Part shown: piece after piece, positions 42,913-55,800 of the stretch
Layout of the letters: each line of letters starts with the position of its first letter
Position numbering within the stretch: the stretch's first letter is position 1
Source of the DNA: Mobula hypostoma
Lineage: Eukaryota
Direction of reading: 5' to 3'
DNA: 64,000 nt
Assembly (NCBI RefSeq): GCF_963921235.1
Contig: NC_086097.1
Coordinates: forward strand, 52,144,001-52,208,000
Position numbers and translations under genes: made by a program
The notes under the pieces: generated by a model
What the model saw: the letters and a program-made list of their open reading frames with translations, nothing else
The model's database searches: none
What the model was told of the DNA's origin: nothing

Positions 42913-43787
42913 TCTATTTCACTTCTGTACGGTGCCTCATCACCATCTGAAATTCTGCTAGCAATAGTTGTGTCATTGACAGATCTATAGATGCCATTTG
43001 GGCTGTACTTAGCACACAGTTGGGCATGTAGAGAGAGTAGAGCAGTGGGCTAAGCACGCATCCTCAAGGTGTGCCAGTTTTGATTGTCAGCAAGGAGGTG
43101 ATGTTATCAATAAAGTATGACTATGACTATTTCCAATCGGCACTGACTGTGATCTCCCGATGGGGGAAGTCAAGGATTGAGTTGCAGGGGGAGGTACAGG
43201 GGCCGAGATTCTGGAGCTTCTTGATTAGTACTGAGGTGATGGTGTTGAACTAAAACTGGTGCTGTTTATTCCATAGTGTGCTGCTTGAGCCTGGGTTTTT
43301 AGCTATGGTGGAATTTCGTATAAAGCTCATTACACAGAGAATGTATGTGGTCAAAAGCTTCACACAGTTCCCCAAAGTGCTTTCCAAACATTTTTGTTCA
43401 GTGTTTGGCTCACCCAGTCAGTGGACTTGTGTGATTAATTTAATTCATTGCATTAGTCTTTGAATATTTTTAATGCATTCAGTGGTGTTCTTATTTGAAG
43501 ACCATAACCATTCTCAGTGTTGATGTGTTTTTGCGGAGATGTGACAATGAGATTAATTGTGTTATCAGGGTATTTGCTTAAAATTCATATCAGAGGCTGC
43601 ATCAGCACTGACATGAGCAGCTAAGAAAGAAATGTCCTATTGGGTTTTTGCATAATTTGTTCAAGGGTTTTAGAAAAGCACACTGCTTGAACACTTTTTA
43701 ATTGATTTTAATGCTATAATTGCTCTCAGATTTAATTATCTATTTAATTCACCGTTTAAAAATGAGCTTAATACTGTGTCAGCCTAG

Positions 43788-44240
<453 letters not shown>

Positions 44241-47011
44241 TAGTGCTGCAAGCTACCATTGCATCCGCTTCATTTGCTTGTTATTACTATCGTAAAACCT
44301 AACACAGACACTTCTGTACAAACAGATATGATTAACAAGTAAAATAAGAGAGCAAATATAATGGCTTCTTTGCATGCCAGGCATTCTGCTTTGAGAATGG
44401 AAAAGAGAATTTCAAACAGTTTGCCTTTGTAAGACTTCTATTTGTCAAGAATGGTGTGACATGTTCTGTTCCGTTTGCAGAGCACGCCTCTGAGGGAGTG
44501 TTTCTGAGAAAGCGTAACACCTATTGCTTAATTACACTTTCAACAAACCATGGAACAAATCACTTTTTGTGCAAGGCTGAACTGCGGAAATTTTCACTGC
44601 AGTTCTTGCGAGGAAGTGGTGGTGGAATAGAGGGCCTGGAAGGCTGTTGATTGAATCACCTTTGAGAATACCCTCCCATTGTCATGGGGTGGTGGAGGGT
44701 CACAATGGACATAGTAGCTTGATAAATGCTTTCAATGGAGAATTATTTCTGATTTACAAGTTTTTTTGCAGCAATATACTTTTTAAAGAATAAATTTGTA
44801 ATATTTTGTAACATACTTCTCTGGTACAAGGAATTGTTCTTAAAACAAAATAGACTTCCCTTTAGTCAGAAACAGATAGCTTGTATAGCCATCTGATTGA
44901 CCTGTTTGTTCTTTACCCATTTTTTTTACAATGGTCAGTTTACTTTAATTGTTTTTTCAGAGTCTGTGCAAAACATTTAACATGCACAAGGAGACGGCCA
45001 TGTAGCTGGACAAGATTTGAAATGTGAGATACTGTAGGTACGTCAAGTGAGCTCACAGAGGAAGAGGCCAACGTCTCTTCAACCTTTTGGAAATATTTCA
45101 AAGGCAGTTCCCCCTCAAAATTTTGGGGGCAGGGGGGTGGCCAGAAACAACAGTCAAATGTAAAAAAGCAAAGAGACGAGGCAACGAAGAGGAAGGGCTT
45201 TAGTTTCCAACCTTGTGCTTGAAGGCACCTGTAATGGAGGTGGCGCTGCATGAGGTGATTGCACAGAGGGTTTTCAGTTTGAAATTGTAGCATGTCTTCC
45301 CCACAGATTGTCTTTGCAACATGTCTTATCCAAGATGAAGGCAGGTGAGAGGAGAAAGCTGACTGTTGCTGAGGTGACCATGTCTTGTGATTAATGTTAG
45401 CTGCGGGTGTCTGTTGCAGTGAATGGTAAAAGTCTGTGTCTGGCTCCTTGTTGCTGTGTTCTAGATATAAATGTAATTAATGACACCTCGGGTATGACCA
45501 GTGAATTGACTGCCAGCTGCTGAGCTGAACACCAGAAACCAGTGTGCAAGTGATCATGTCTGTGATATCAGGTACACTCTCATTGCTGCTTTTTGCAGTT
45601 AGAGCCCTCGGTAGAAAGTAAATATCAGAGGACTCTTAACAAATGTGACTCTGAGGATCTTGGTAGGTGGCCATTGGATGCAGCCTGATCTGTTTGTTAT
45701 TCTTAAAAATCAACTTAAATAGAGAAAGGTTCTCTTTAGGAAACCTAATAGAGAAATAGAGTATTGATTCGGGAGATGTATAGCCTAGGCTGATTCCTCA
45801 GTGCATACTATGTGACTTGTTGCAAGTGCCATCTGTCACTTAGTGATGAAACTGTGATTAGACTGATCTCTAAAGTGAATGTAAAGGATCACACATCTGC
45901 TTAGCATTGAGGGAGTAATCCCTTTGTCCTGACCAACAATAATTCACTAAACATTGTGAACCTGATCATCTGGCCCTACTGTTTGTGGAAGACTGGTGTA
46001 CACTTCTTCTCTGCTGCATTCCTTTCGAACGGCTGTTCAGAAATTTGTTTTCCGCAGCACTCTGAAGTTGGGAAAGAATCGTCATAAATGTTTTTCATTC
46101 CCTCAGAGTACTAGGTGTGTAATGAATAATGATAAAAGCCTCAGACTGCTAGCAACAACCTAATCAAAAGGGATAAATAACTGAAACTGAACTGAACTTT
46201 CATGTTTTGTGTGTTACATACTGGCCTTTAACGTGAAGAATATTCTAAGGTGGCCTCAAAAAGTGAAGGAAAATGGGAGTCTGGAAAAGGGAGGGGAAAA
46301 TTTGCTGCTCAGAGGAGCTCCATTGTTCCTCTGATCAGCTTTGGATCATCCATTTTGCACAATCCTCAGGAAGGACACTGTTGTGTTTATCCTTAATGTC
46401 AGCTGGTCTTCGCCACCCTCTACCTCTCTTCCCACTGAACTTGTCTCTTAATGGCTCCAAATCAGGATCCCAACCCATGTCCAAGTCCCTTTCCACCTTG
46501 TTCATACATGCATTTTGTAACATCTTTCAGGTCTACTTGAAGAAGTCACCTCTACTGTCATTATCTTCACCCATTCATTGGCCATTCCTTCAACCAGTTT
46601 GGCTCCCTAAACAGTTTACTCCCTGTTTAGATTACCACTTGCCCAAGTGTATACTTGGCTGCCTAGTACTGCCTTCTGAAATTCAGCATCACCTTTTTCC
46701 TGATTGAAGCTGTGTGAGGACCCTTGGGACTTTTTTCCTGCAAGCTGCTGTCATTGTTGCTGAGGTAACAGCCACAGAGTACTCATGCCATAATGCAGAC
46801 TTCACTGCAATCAAATCAAGGGAGAGAAGTTCAAAGCAGGTCAGGCAACATTGTTGGAAAGAAGACCAAAGTTAACATTTCAAGTTGATGACTTTCCATC
46901 ATGCTTCGTCCAGGATAGTCTGAACACTGTTTAGCTAGACCACATTGTAGTGACTGATAGGACCAGACATTTCAAAAGCAAGTGTACCAAAGTAATCATC
47001 TCCATGTTTTC

Positions 47012-47243
47012 GCAACATACATCAAAGTTGCTGGTGAACACAGCAGGCCAGGCAGCATCTATAGGAAGAGGTGCAGTCAACGTTTCAGGCCGAGACCCTT
47101 CGCAGTCCTGACGAAGGGTCTCGGCCTGAAACGTCGACTGCACCTCTTCCTATAGATGCTGCCTGGCCTGCTGCGTTCACCAGCAACTTTGATGTGTGTT
47201 GCTTGAATTTCCAGGATCTGCAGAATTCCTGTTGTTTGCGTTT
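47012..47243 (+). mobile_element. Penelope-like palindromic insertion, 232 bp
   Basis: 14-bp TSD ATCTCCATGTTTTC (46998-47011, 47244-47257); 91-bp inverted arms at 47012-47102 and 47112-47202. Confidence 0.85.
47102..47141 (+). ncRNA. Minimal type I hammerhead ribozyme motif (Penelope-type)
   Basis: GCAGTC (stem I), CTGACGA, A, GGGT/CTCG/GCCT (stem II), GAAA, CG, TC, GACTGC (stem I'); predicted cleavage after C47135. Confidence 0.75.
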
Positions 47244-50221
47244 ATCTCCATGTTTTCTGTGATTTGGTCATGTTTGATCAGTTTCCCTGTTATTTTACTC
47301 ACTCTTTAAAATTAAATTGTGCTGATAACAAGCCAATAAGCCGTAACTCAACACTTTATTTAAGGGATGTGGACATCCCTGGCAAGGCCAGCAATTATTT
47401 CCCACCTCTAGTTGCTTGTGAGATGATGATGGTGAGCCATCTTCTTGAACGACTGTGGTCCTTCTTGTGAAGGTACTTCACCGTACTGTTGGATAGGATT
47501 TAGGCCCACAGGTGATGAAGGACGGCGACGTATTTCCGAGTTAGGATAGTGGGTGACTTGGATGGAACCTGCAGGCGGTGGTGTCTCCATGTGCTTGAAG
47601 ACTTTGTCATTCTTGGTGATAGCGATCACGGGTTGAGAGATGGTGTCAGATTAGTCTAGGTGAGTAATTGTAGTTCATTTTTGGAGTTCACTGCAGCCAT
47701 TTCACACCGGTGGTGGAGGTGTTTTCCTCATCTTTCTCAATCTTCATTGTGTTCTACAATTTCAATCTTGGGAACTCAATTCTAATTTCGGTATTTTTAC
47801 TTGATTGTCTTACTTTCAGACTGATATATAAATTTTGAAGAACTTAAATGTTTGGCTACTGAAATACTAAGATTATTTATTGCAAAGACCCAGGAGATCA
47901 TAATTTGAACTTTACAGTTCGAGCATTTCTTTAGTACACGTATTTTATAGGATATCCAATACCTTACAGAGAATGGATTGAAAAGGCTCTGACCATTGTA
48001 TTGAAAGATGATTTGGTGCTCAAAGTTATAAAAATCCTTCAAAAGAAATAAAACCTTTGCAAGGCATTTCATAAAATGCAGAGGTACTATCAAAACCTGT
48101 AGAATAATAAACCAAAAGTATCAAGAATTGGAAGTAATAGAAAAATCAGAAATATTTAGTTGGCCAGGCAGCATCTGTGGAGAAAGAAATTGAATCGACT
48201 CAGGTTGATGATTCTTCAACAAAATTCGAAAAGTGAGAAGAAATTGAAAAGCTGACTGCTTCTGGCATTTTCTTTGTTTCAGATCACTGGCATCTGAGAT
48301 TTTGATCCATTCTTGAGCATCTTACATGATTGGGATTATGTTGGCAAAATACATCATGATTTATAACACTGTTTCCGATAAAGAAACCATGCATTCAATT
48401 TGTCTTTGCAAGAACACAGGAAACGGCAGCAGAAATGGGCTACCAAACTCCTAGAGCCTGCTCCTTCATTCAAAAAGTTGGTAGCTGATCTGATCTTGGC
48501 CTCAGCTCCACTTAACTATCCTTTCCCCAATAGCCTTGAATCCTTCAACATTCCCAAATCTGTCTGTTTCAGCCTTGCATGCATTCTGCACCCAACTTCA
48601 TAGTTATCAAGAGTAGGGATGTCCAGATATTTTTTGCATCTTTCTGAGAGAAGAAATTCTGCTTTGTGTGCACCTAAAATGGGTGAGCACTTACGTAGAA
48701 AGTTCTAGATTCCCTCAGGAGAGGATACATCCAATATTTCATGTGGGTGAAGCAACCATCAAACTACTGCAGGAATTCAGCAAGTTGAGCAGCAACTGTG
48801 CAGGCTGGGAGTGAAGAATTGTTGACATTTTGGGTTTGAACCCTCCATGAGAATGTGTGTGTCCTGATACAGGGTTTTGACCCAATTTTAGTCATTTCCT
48901 TTCCCTTCCCCTCCCCACTCCAACAGATGCTGCTTGATCTGCTGATTTAATCTAGCATTTGTTAGTTGCTCCAGATTCCAGTATCTGCAGTCTCTTGGAT
49001 CTCCTGTGTTTTGATCTAGCTGAGCCTGCTGTAGGATTCATTCTTCCTTCAAATCGCCATCTCCATCAGCTCATCAATTCCTTTGCAATGGTAAACTTCC
49101 TTTCATTTGGCGTTAGCCTTCCCTCCAGAATAGTCTTGTTCTATTGACTGGAGGTGTCTGAAAGTCTGATGGCAGCTAAACCGATCATTTAAAACATATG
49201 ATTATTCTAAGCCTTTTCAAGGTGACATCAATACAAATTGAAGAGATGTTCATTTAAAACGGAGAAGTGTAGAAGTTGCTGAGGCTTGGGAAATCTCTGC
49301 AGTCCTCTTCCCAGCAGGTGGGGGAACCTGAATAATTAGAAGCATTTAAAGTGAAGATGAAGAAACATTGAATTTATTGAGGAATAGAGGGGTTTGGAGA
49401 AATGGCGCAGAAGAGGATTTGAGGCCAGCATAGATTAGCTATGATCATATTAAATAATGGAGCTGGCTTGAAAGGCCTGCCTCCTGTGTTCTTGTGTTTA
49501 TGTCTTTTCAAGTCTTAAAAAGAGCAACTGGGGGAAAAAAAAATGCAGTACTCTTTTCATACCTACAGGAGGAGAAATTTATCTGGTGTTCATGGTAAAC
49601 TGTGGCTGAGTATTGGCTTCTGGGTGTACTTCTCTTTCTATAGCTGCCTTGAAGTTCATCTCTTACTCTTTATGGCAGAAGATGCATTTCTCCTCCATAG
49701 GCACAGCATTCCTTAGGGAGGGACTTTTGTAACAACTTAGCAGCTGCTTTTTCATATGATATTGGAAGAAATGGTTGAATGTTATTCGACATCCACAATT
49801 ACTATATATGATCCATGATTTCCACTAGAACATAATTTTATAAAGAAAACAAAAATGCTGACCAATCCATAAAACTGCAAATGACAGATTAACTCCCTTT
49901 TCTGTGGACTATTGGCAAACAATTCTACAATTTCATATTCTTCTTTTGCCTGGCAGTCAGAAAATCTTCCACTGAAAGGAAGAGGTAAAAATTTGGCATA
50001 AGAGTTTGCACCCTATTCTGCCAGTAGAGTTAATAAAGAAGCCAACTAACCCCAAAATAATAAATGTGTTATGTTAGATCATTCCTAGACCGGAGTTGTC
50101 ATTTTAAGATTAAATTGGCTGAGACGATAGGTCTGCACCCTTAAAGCTAGTCTTGGTGGAGAAACTGCCACCCTTTCTCCAAAGTCATGTGAAATTGTAA
50201 TGCTGCAAAGTAGCTTACTAG

Positions 50222-50395
<174 letters not shown>

Positions 50396-51429
50396 TAATG
50401 GCGGGAGAGTTCCTACCAGCTTTCCTTTGTTACTGCAGAAAATCACACTATGTAGTATAGATACTTGAGAGGAGGTAATTGATTGATTTGTTTATACCAG
50501 ACTAAAAACAGCACAAGTTGAAATGATTGGTTTGTTATTGTCGCATATATCAAGGTGCAGGGCAAAGATTATTTGGCATACAGTCCATACAGATCAATTC
50601 ATTACACGGTGCGTTGAGGTAAAACAATAACAAATGCAGAATAAAGTGTAACAACTACAGTGAAAGTGCAGTACAGGTAAAAAAAATAAGCTGCAAGATC
50701 ATTGCAAGGTAGAGGAAGACTGTGAGGTGAAGAGACTATCTTATTACCCTAGGCAACCATTCAATAGTCTTATAACAACAGGGCAGAAGCTGTCCTTAAG
50801 CTTCAGTGGTATGTGCTTTCAGGCTTTTGTATCTTCCACCCGATCAAAGAGGAGAAAAGAGAGAACGTCCGGGGTGGGTAGGGTTTTCGATTATTCTGGC
50901 TGCCTTTCAGAGGCATTGAGAAATATAGGCAGTCGCTGGTTTCCGTGGTATGAGGGCTGTGTCCACAACTCCCTTCAGTTTCTTGTGGTCACAGGCAGAA
51001 CAATTGCCAAAACCAACTATAATGCATCCATATTGGGTACTTCCTGTGGTGCATCAAAAAATTTTAGTAAGGCTTGATGAGGACAGGCCAAATATCTTTA
51101 GCCATCCTAGGAAGTAGAACCGAGTTTTCTTGACTATGGCGTCTATATGAAAGCACGTGAAATGAGAAATTTCAGTTAGTTTTTTTGCTGATTGGAAAGC
51201 AAATTGACGTGCACTGAAAATATCAGGGCTGTACTTCCTGAAAGTGGAAATGGGTTCTACCAGGTACGTTCCAATGAAACAGATCCCAGTGTGGTTTGAG
51301 AAGTCTTCCTTCCAGCTTAGCTGTAGGATTCATGAATCAAATAGGCATTAAATAATCACTTGGGAAAGCTGAATACATTCAACCCTCAGCTGAAAGGTAA
51401 ATCATTGTCTGGGAGATTTGTTTGAATTT

Positions 51430-51620
51430 TGTTGTTCCTCTCCACATCTTGTGGTGCAACGGACGGAATCCATGCCCTTTCTTCAGCACTTGTCAATATT
51501 TTTTTTCATGAGGCTGGGTTGCTGGCTCAATACTCAACCCAGCACGGAAGGAAGGTGTGCCAGGAGCCGGCCGGGACCACTCACATCGAAGTCCGGTGCA
51601 GATGCCTCTACACCACCTGT
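51430..51620 (-). mobile_element. tRNA-derived SINE sharing its head with 18153-18409
   Basis: The minus strand GGTGGTGTAGAGGCATC..CACCGGACTTCG...CCGTGCTGGGTT matches the 5' part of the 18153 SINE; the 3' part differs. Confidence 0.6.
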
Positions 51621-51899
51621 GTGGATTTACATTGTCTGAAATTCAATCCTAACAATGGTGCTGTCTGTCGGGAGTTTTCGTGTTCATGTATCCTCCAGGT
51701 GCTCCAGTTTCCTTCCACATCTCAAACACAGGCAGGTCAATAGCTTAACTGGCTACTGCAAATTTAGTGCATAGGTGAGTGGTAAAATTTGAGGGGAATT
51801 GACAGAGTGGGATTAATGTCAGATTACATAAACAAGTGGTTGGTAGTGGACATGGACTCTGACCAAAGGGCCTGTTTTCATGCTGTATCACTCAATGTG

Positions 51900-53165
51900 A
51901 TGGGGTGACCTATAGAATTATTATAATTACAAAGTTTGTAGATTCCCAAAAAGGTATTTGAGAAGGTGCCACATAAGTGGCTGGTTCATAGATTAAGTGC
52001 CAGGGGTTTTGAGAAGGAGTGTTAGCATGGATTGAAAACTGACTGCCAAGTAGAAAATAGAGAGTTAGAATAAATGATTTGTTCAGGCTGGAGGGATGTA
52101 ACTAGTGCAGAATGCCACGGATTGAGCTTTGGTCCTCAGCTGCTAACAATTTACATTGATGACCTGCAAAAGGATACAAAATGTAAGTTTTCCAACTTTG
52201 CCAGTGGTATGAAAACAGGCCAAGGACATATTGTGATGTGACCGTTTCGATTCTACAAGATATGGAAAGACTGAGGGATCAGCCGCACACTTGGTAAATA
52301 GAGCTTAATGTAAGTATGAGGTCATGCGTTTTGGTAAGGGGAATCGAAAGACAGATTATGGTCAGAAACTACAAATGAGTGAACTTCAGCAGCATCTAGA
52401 TGTTCTCATGCATGAATCTCAGAAGGTTTGTGAGAAAGTATACTAAATTATGAGGGGTATAGATAGGGTAAATGCAAGCAGGCTTTTTCCACCTGAGGTT
52501 GGCTGAGACTAGAACCAGACGTCATGAGTTAAAGGTGAAAGGTGAAATATTTATGGGGAACTTTACCAATAGGGAGGTGAGTGTGAAATGAGTTGCCGGT
52601 GGAAGTAGTGGATGCGGGTTTGATTTCAGGATTAGAGAAATTTAGATAGGAACATGGGTGGGAGGGGTATGGTACAGGTGCAGATTGATGAGACCAGACA
52701 ATAACAGTTCGGCACAGACTAAATCAGCCAAAGTGCCTGTTTCTGTGTTGTAGTACACTGTGACATGAGTTCAGCAAGTTATCAAGAAAGGAAATGCTAT
52801 GTTTGCAATAATTTCAAAGGTATTAGCATTTAAAATGCAGGAGATTTTGTTACAGTTGTTCCGAGTGTTGGTGAGGCCACACCTGTAATGTTGTGTGCAG
52901 TTTTGGAATGGGGATGAAAAGGTTGTCCTTTCAGGAGAGAAAGAAGGTGGGTGACTTTATTCAAATGTATAAGATTTGACAGAGGAGATTTTGAGATGTT
53001 TTCACTTGTGGGAGCATCTAAATAAGAAGACTTAGTTACAAGCTAGGGGCTGGTCACTTAAACTGAAATGCATAGAAGTTTCTTCTCTCTGGCGTAAAAG
53101 ATCTCTGGAATACTTTCCCCAGCGGGATGTGGAGGCCAAATCACTAGATGTATTTAAGGTAGAGC
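51900..53165 (+). mobile_element. Decayed CR1 RT/3' region with a nested CR1 3' fragment (about 52430-52765)
   Basis: Degenerate motifs DSQKGI.EGAT (from DFQKAFDKVPH) and LVRPHL..CVQFW; the 3' UTR appears to continue after about 54790. Confidence 0.65.
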
Positions 53166-53199
53166 TACCAGGACTTGATGTTTCAATCCCTATGGTAAG

Positions 53200-54790
53200 T
53201 TGGCACTCTCGATGTTGGCAGTGGGTTTGGAGTGGTGACAAGGAGGGAGGGTAGGTACGTCATCGGGGTCATCAGGTGGGCACTCTCCTTCTTTGACGTT
53301 TCATTGATAAGCCCACGACATCTCCAGAGGGCTCAACGGTGCTACCTGGCGTCCCAGATACACCCCCCCCCCAGTTCCATACCCTCCCGTCTTCATCTTG
53401 CAGCCCAGTTGTTGTCTTTCCTTTTAATCCAAATCCAATTGCTGCTTCCTTCTGCTGCATTTGACAAGGATTTGATTGCTTGTTGGAGGGAGTCACCCCT
53501 CACCCCCATCTTCTTCAATAGACTGGTGGTAGATGTAGCAACGAATCTCCTGTATCCCACTTCTACATGGAAAATCTTGGTCTTCCAGCCATTCTGGGCA
53601 GCTTCAGTTGTCAGTTCAGAGTACTTGGTCTTTTCCCTCTCATAAGCTTCTTCGACATCATCTTCCCATGGTACTGTCAATTCCACAACATATGCCAGCT
53701 TGGCTGTTGTGGACCACAGGACCATGTCTGGCCGGATTGTTGTAGCTGCAATGTCTGGGGGAAACACGAGCTTTTTTTCTCAAGTCCACGTCCATTTTCC
53801 AATCCTGAGCAACCTGCAGAATGCTTACATCTTTTGATGTTATATGGTGCTCTGGAGGTTGGCCTGCTGGTACAAACCGTGTGATGTGGACATTTCCTGC
53901 CAATGTTTGTGGGAGAGCATTTGTGGTGACTAGCCTCTGTTCCAAGATTGATGCCAGCTGTCTGAGAACTTGGTTATGCTGCCAAGTGTACCGACCCTGG
54001 GTGAGGCTCGTGGTGCATCCTGTTAAAATGTGCCTTAGTGATCCAGGTGCTTGACAAAGAGAGCGAGCGGGGTCTTCTCCCCACCACTGGTTCAGGTTCT
54101 GGGGTGTGGGTAGGAGGTCATAAGTGGCTCTGATGACAAAACTTAGCTGAGATCCCTCCACCTCCCAGATGTCACGCCAGCTAAGTTTCCTCTTTTCCAG
54201 GCTTTCCCAGTTAGTCCATTGGCCCTGCTTGGTCATTGAGACAGCCCTGGCGTGTCGCTCTGCCTCCTCCTGTCTTCTCAACTCCTCCACCATGAGCCGT
54301 CCCTCCTGCACTGATGTTGCCTTGTGCCATTGAGGAGCCTTTGGGACGAGCCCGAGCCCGGCTCTCCCATGTTGGACTTGGCCAACCACATCCCTGAAGT
54401 GAAGAGCAGACTTAGCACTCTGAACAGCTTCAGATGGGCTCCACTTCCTCCCCGTTGCCACACGGGGGGCCACTGTTCGAATAACAGTATCTTCGGATTC
54501 AGTGAGGGTCATGACCACTCTTGCTTTGGTGCATTTGAATTCTTCCACAAGACTTGCAATTGGTAATTCCAATTTGCCGTTCCCGTACAGTCCAACAGGA
54601 CTTGAGCATCGTGGAAATCCAAGCCACTGTTTTACATGTGTGCTGATCATTCTTTTGAGCTTTTCAACCCTGCTGATGGGGATTTCATACACTGTCAAAG
54701 GCCACATGAGTCTTGGGAGTATGCCGAACTGGAAGCACCACAGCTGGAGTTTTCCTGGCAGCCAGGTCTTGTTGATGCAAGCTATCTACA
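53200..54790 (-). mobile_element. 5'-truncated Hero-like (R2 superfamily, RLE-type) non-LTR retrotransposon
   Basis: LPGKLQLWCFQFGILPRLMWPLTVYE; degenerate zinc knuckle RSLC..L.HIL..C; RYTWQHNQVL; restriction-like endonuclease RPDMVLW...VELTVPWE...K.KY; one frameshift near 53770. Confidence 0.85.
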
Positions 54791-55449
54791 TGATGGTATC
54801 CATATGTGTTTGAAAGAATGAAGAATTGAAGTTGATGGGGAACTGGTGCAGGAGTATAGAACATGATCATGTTGAATGTCAAAGCTAAGTCTGTCATATG
54901 GTCAAATACATCATTGAGAAACTTGCAGCAACATCACAGGACACAGCGTCATATCAGCAGCATTCAGAAGGAAACCCTAAATTATCCATAAATTGTACAC
55001 AATTAGAACAGAAGAAGTCAGGTCTATTTTAGCACTGGGTGATCAAAGTCGTCATGATTTTGCTAAACTGTAGTGATTACTGTCTCGTCAACTGGTTCAA
55101 GAACTGAATGGTTGAGGGAAGGTGCCAGTATTGAAGTGCCTCCTATTTCCTTGTGTTCTTGTATAAACCTCGTCAATAGTTGGATACCACTGACAGAAAA
55201 TTAATGTACTTGCTGTTCTCCTGTCTCCATTAATTTATCAGTGCTTAGGAAAAATATTAAATCGTTTTACTGCTTGAGATTAATTTGTATGGTGAAATAG
55301 AGATTTAATATCGAAAAATCAGAACTACTTTTTAGTTTTCAACAAGCAATTCTTCCTTTAGCAAATGCAATAAAAGTAAGTAAGTCAACTGGTCAATTAT
55401 CTTGTGATTGGAGCATCACTGGTAGAAGAATTTGTCGGCATGTAGTCAT

Positions 55450-55800
55450 GCATTTTGGAGTAGCAAATACTGAAAGGCCAAGATGATGTGGAGACGATGT
55501 CTTCTATAGTGAGGGAGTCTAAGATCAGAGGGCACAGCCTCAGAATAGAAGGGCATCCATTTAGGATAGAGATGAGGAGGAATTTCTGAAACGGGGCTGG
55601 TGAAGCTGCAGTTAATTGCCAAATCAATGGGTATATTTAATGTGGAGGTTGATAAAGTTCTTGATTAGGAAGAGCATCAAAGATAGCAGGGAAAAGACAG
55701 GAGAATGGGGTTCAGGGGGATAATAAATCAGCCATAATAATGCCAAAGCAGACTCAATTGGCTGAGTGGTCTGGTTCTGCTCCAGTCTTTTATCATCTCA
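55450..55800 (+). mobile_element. CR1 3' fragment
   Basis: GHSLRIEGHPFRIEMRRNF followed by a CR1-type UTR. Confidence 0.7.

Larger units (their letters stand above)
39840..43250 (-). mobile_element. Rex1/L2-like RT fragment split by a nested CR1
   Basis: MIVDFRR...FRFLGINIS at 40210-40470. The upstream part, with a G.P.GCVLSPLLYSLY motif, resumes at about 42912-43250. Confidence 0.7.

Noticed and set aside
46931..47262. Two opposing ORFs both starting MQSTFQAETLR
   Set aside because: They are an artefact of the DNA palindrome, with non-ATG starts and no coding evidence.
53255..53330. GAAACGTC and CTGATGA in the Hero 3' UTR (minus strand) as a hammerhead
   Set aside because: Both core words are present, but I could not form stems I and II in the required register.
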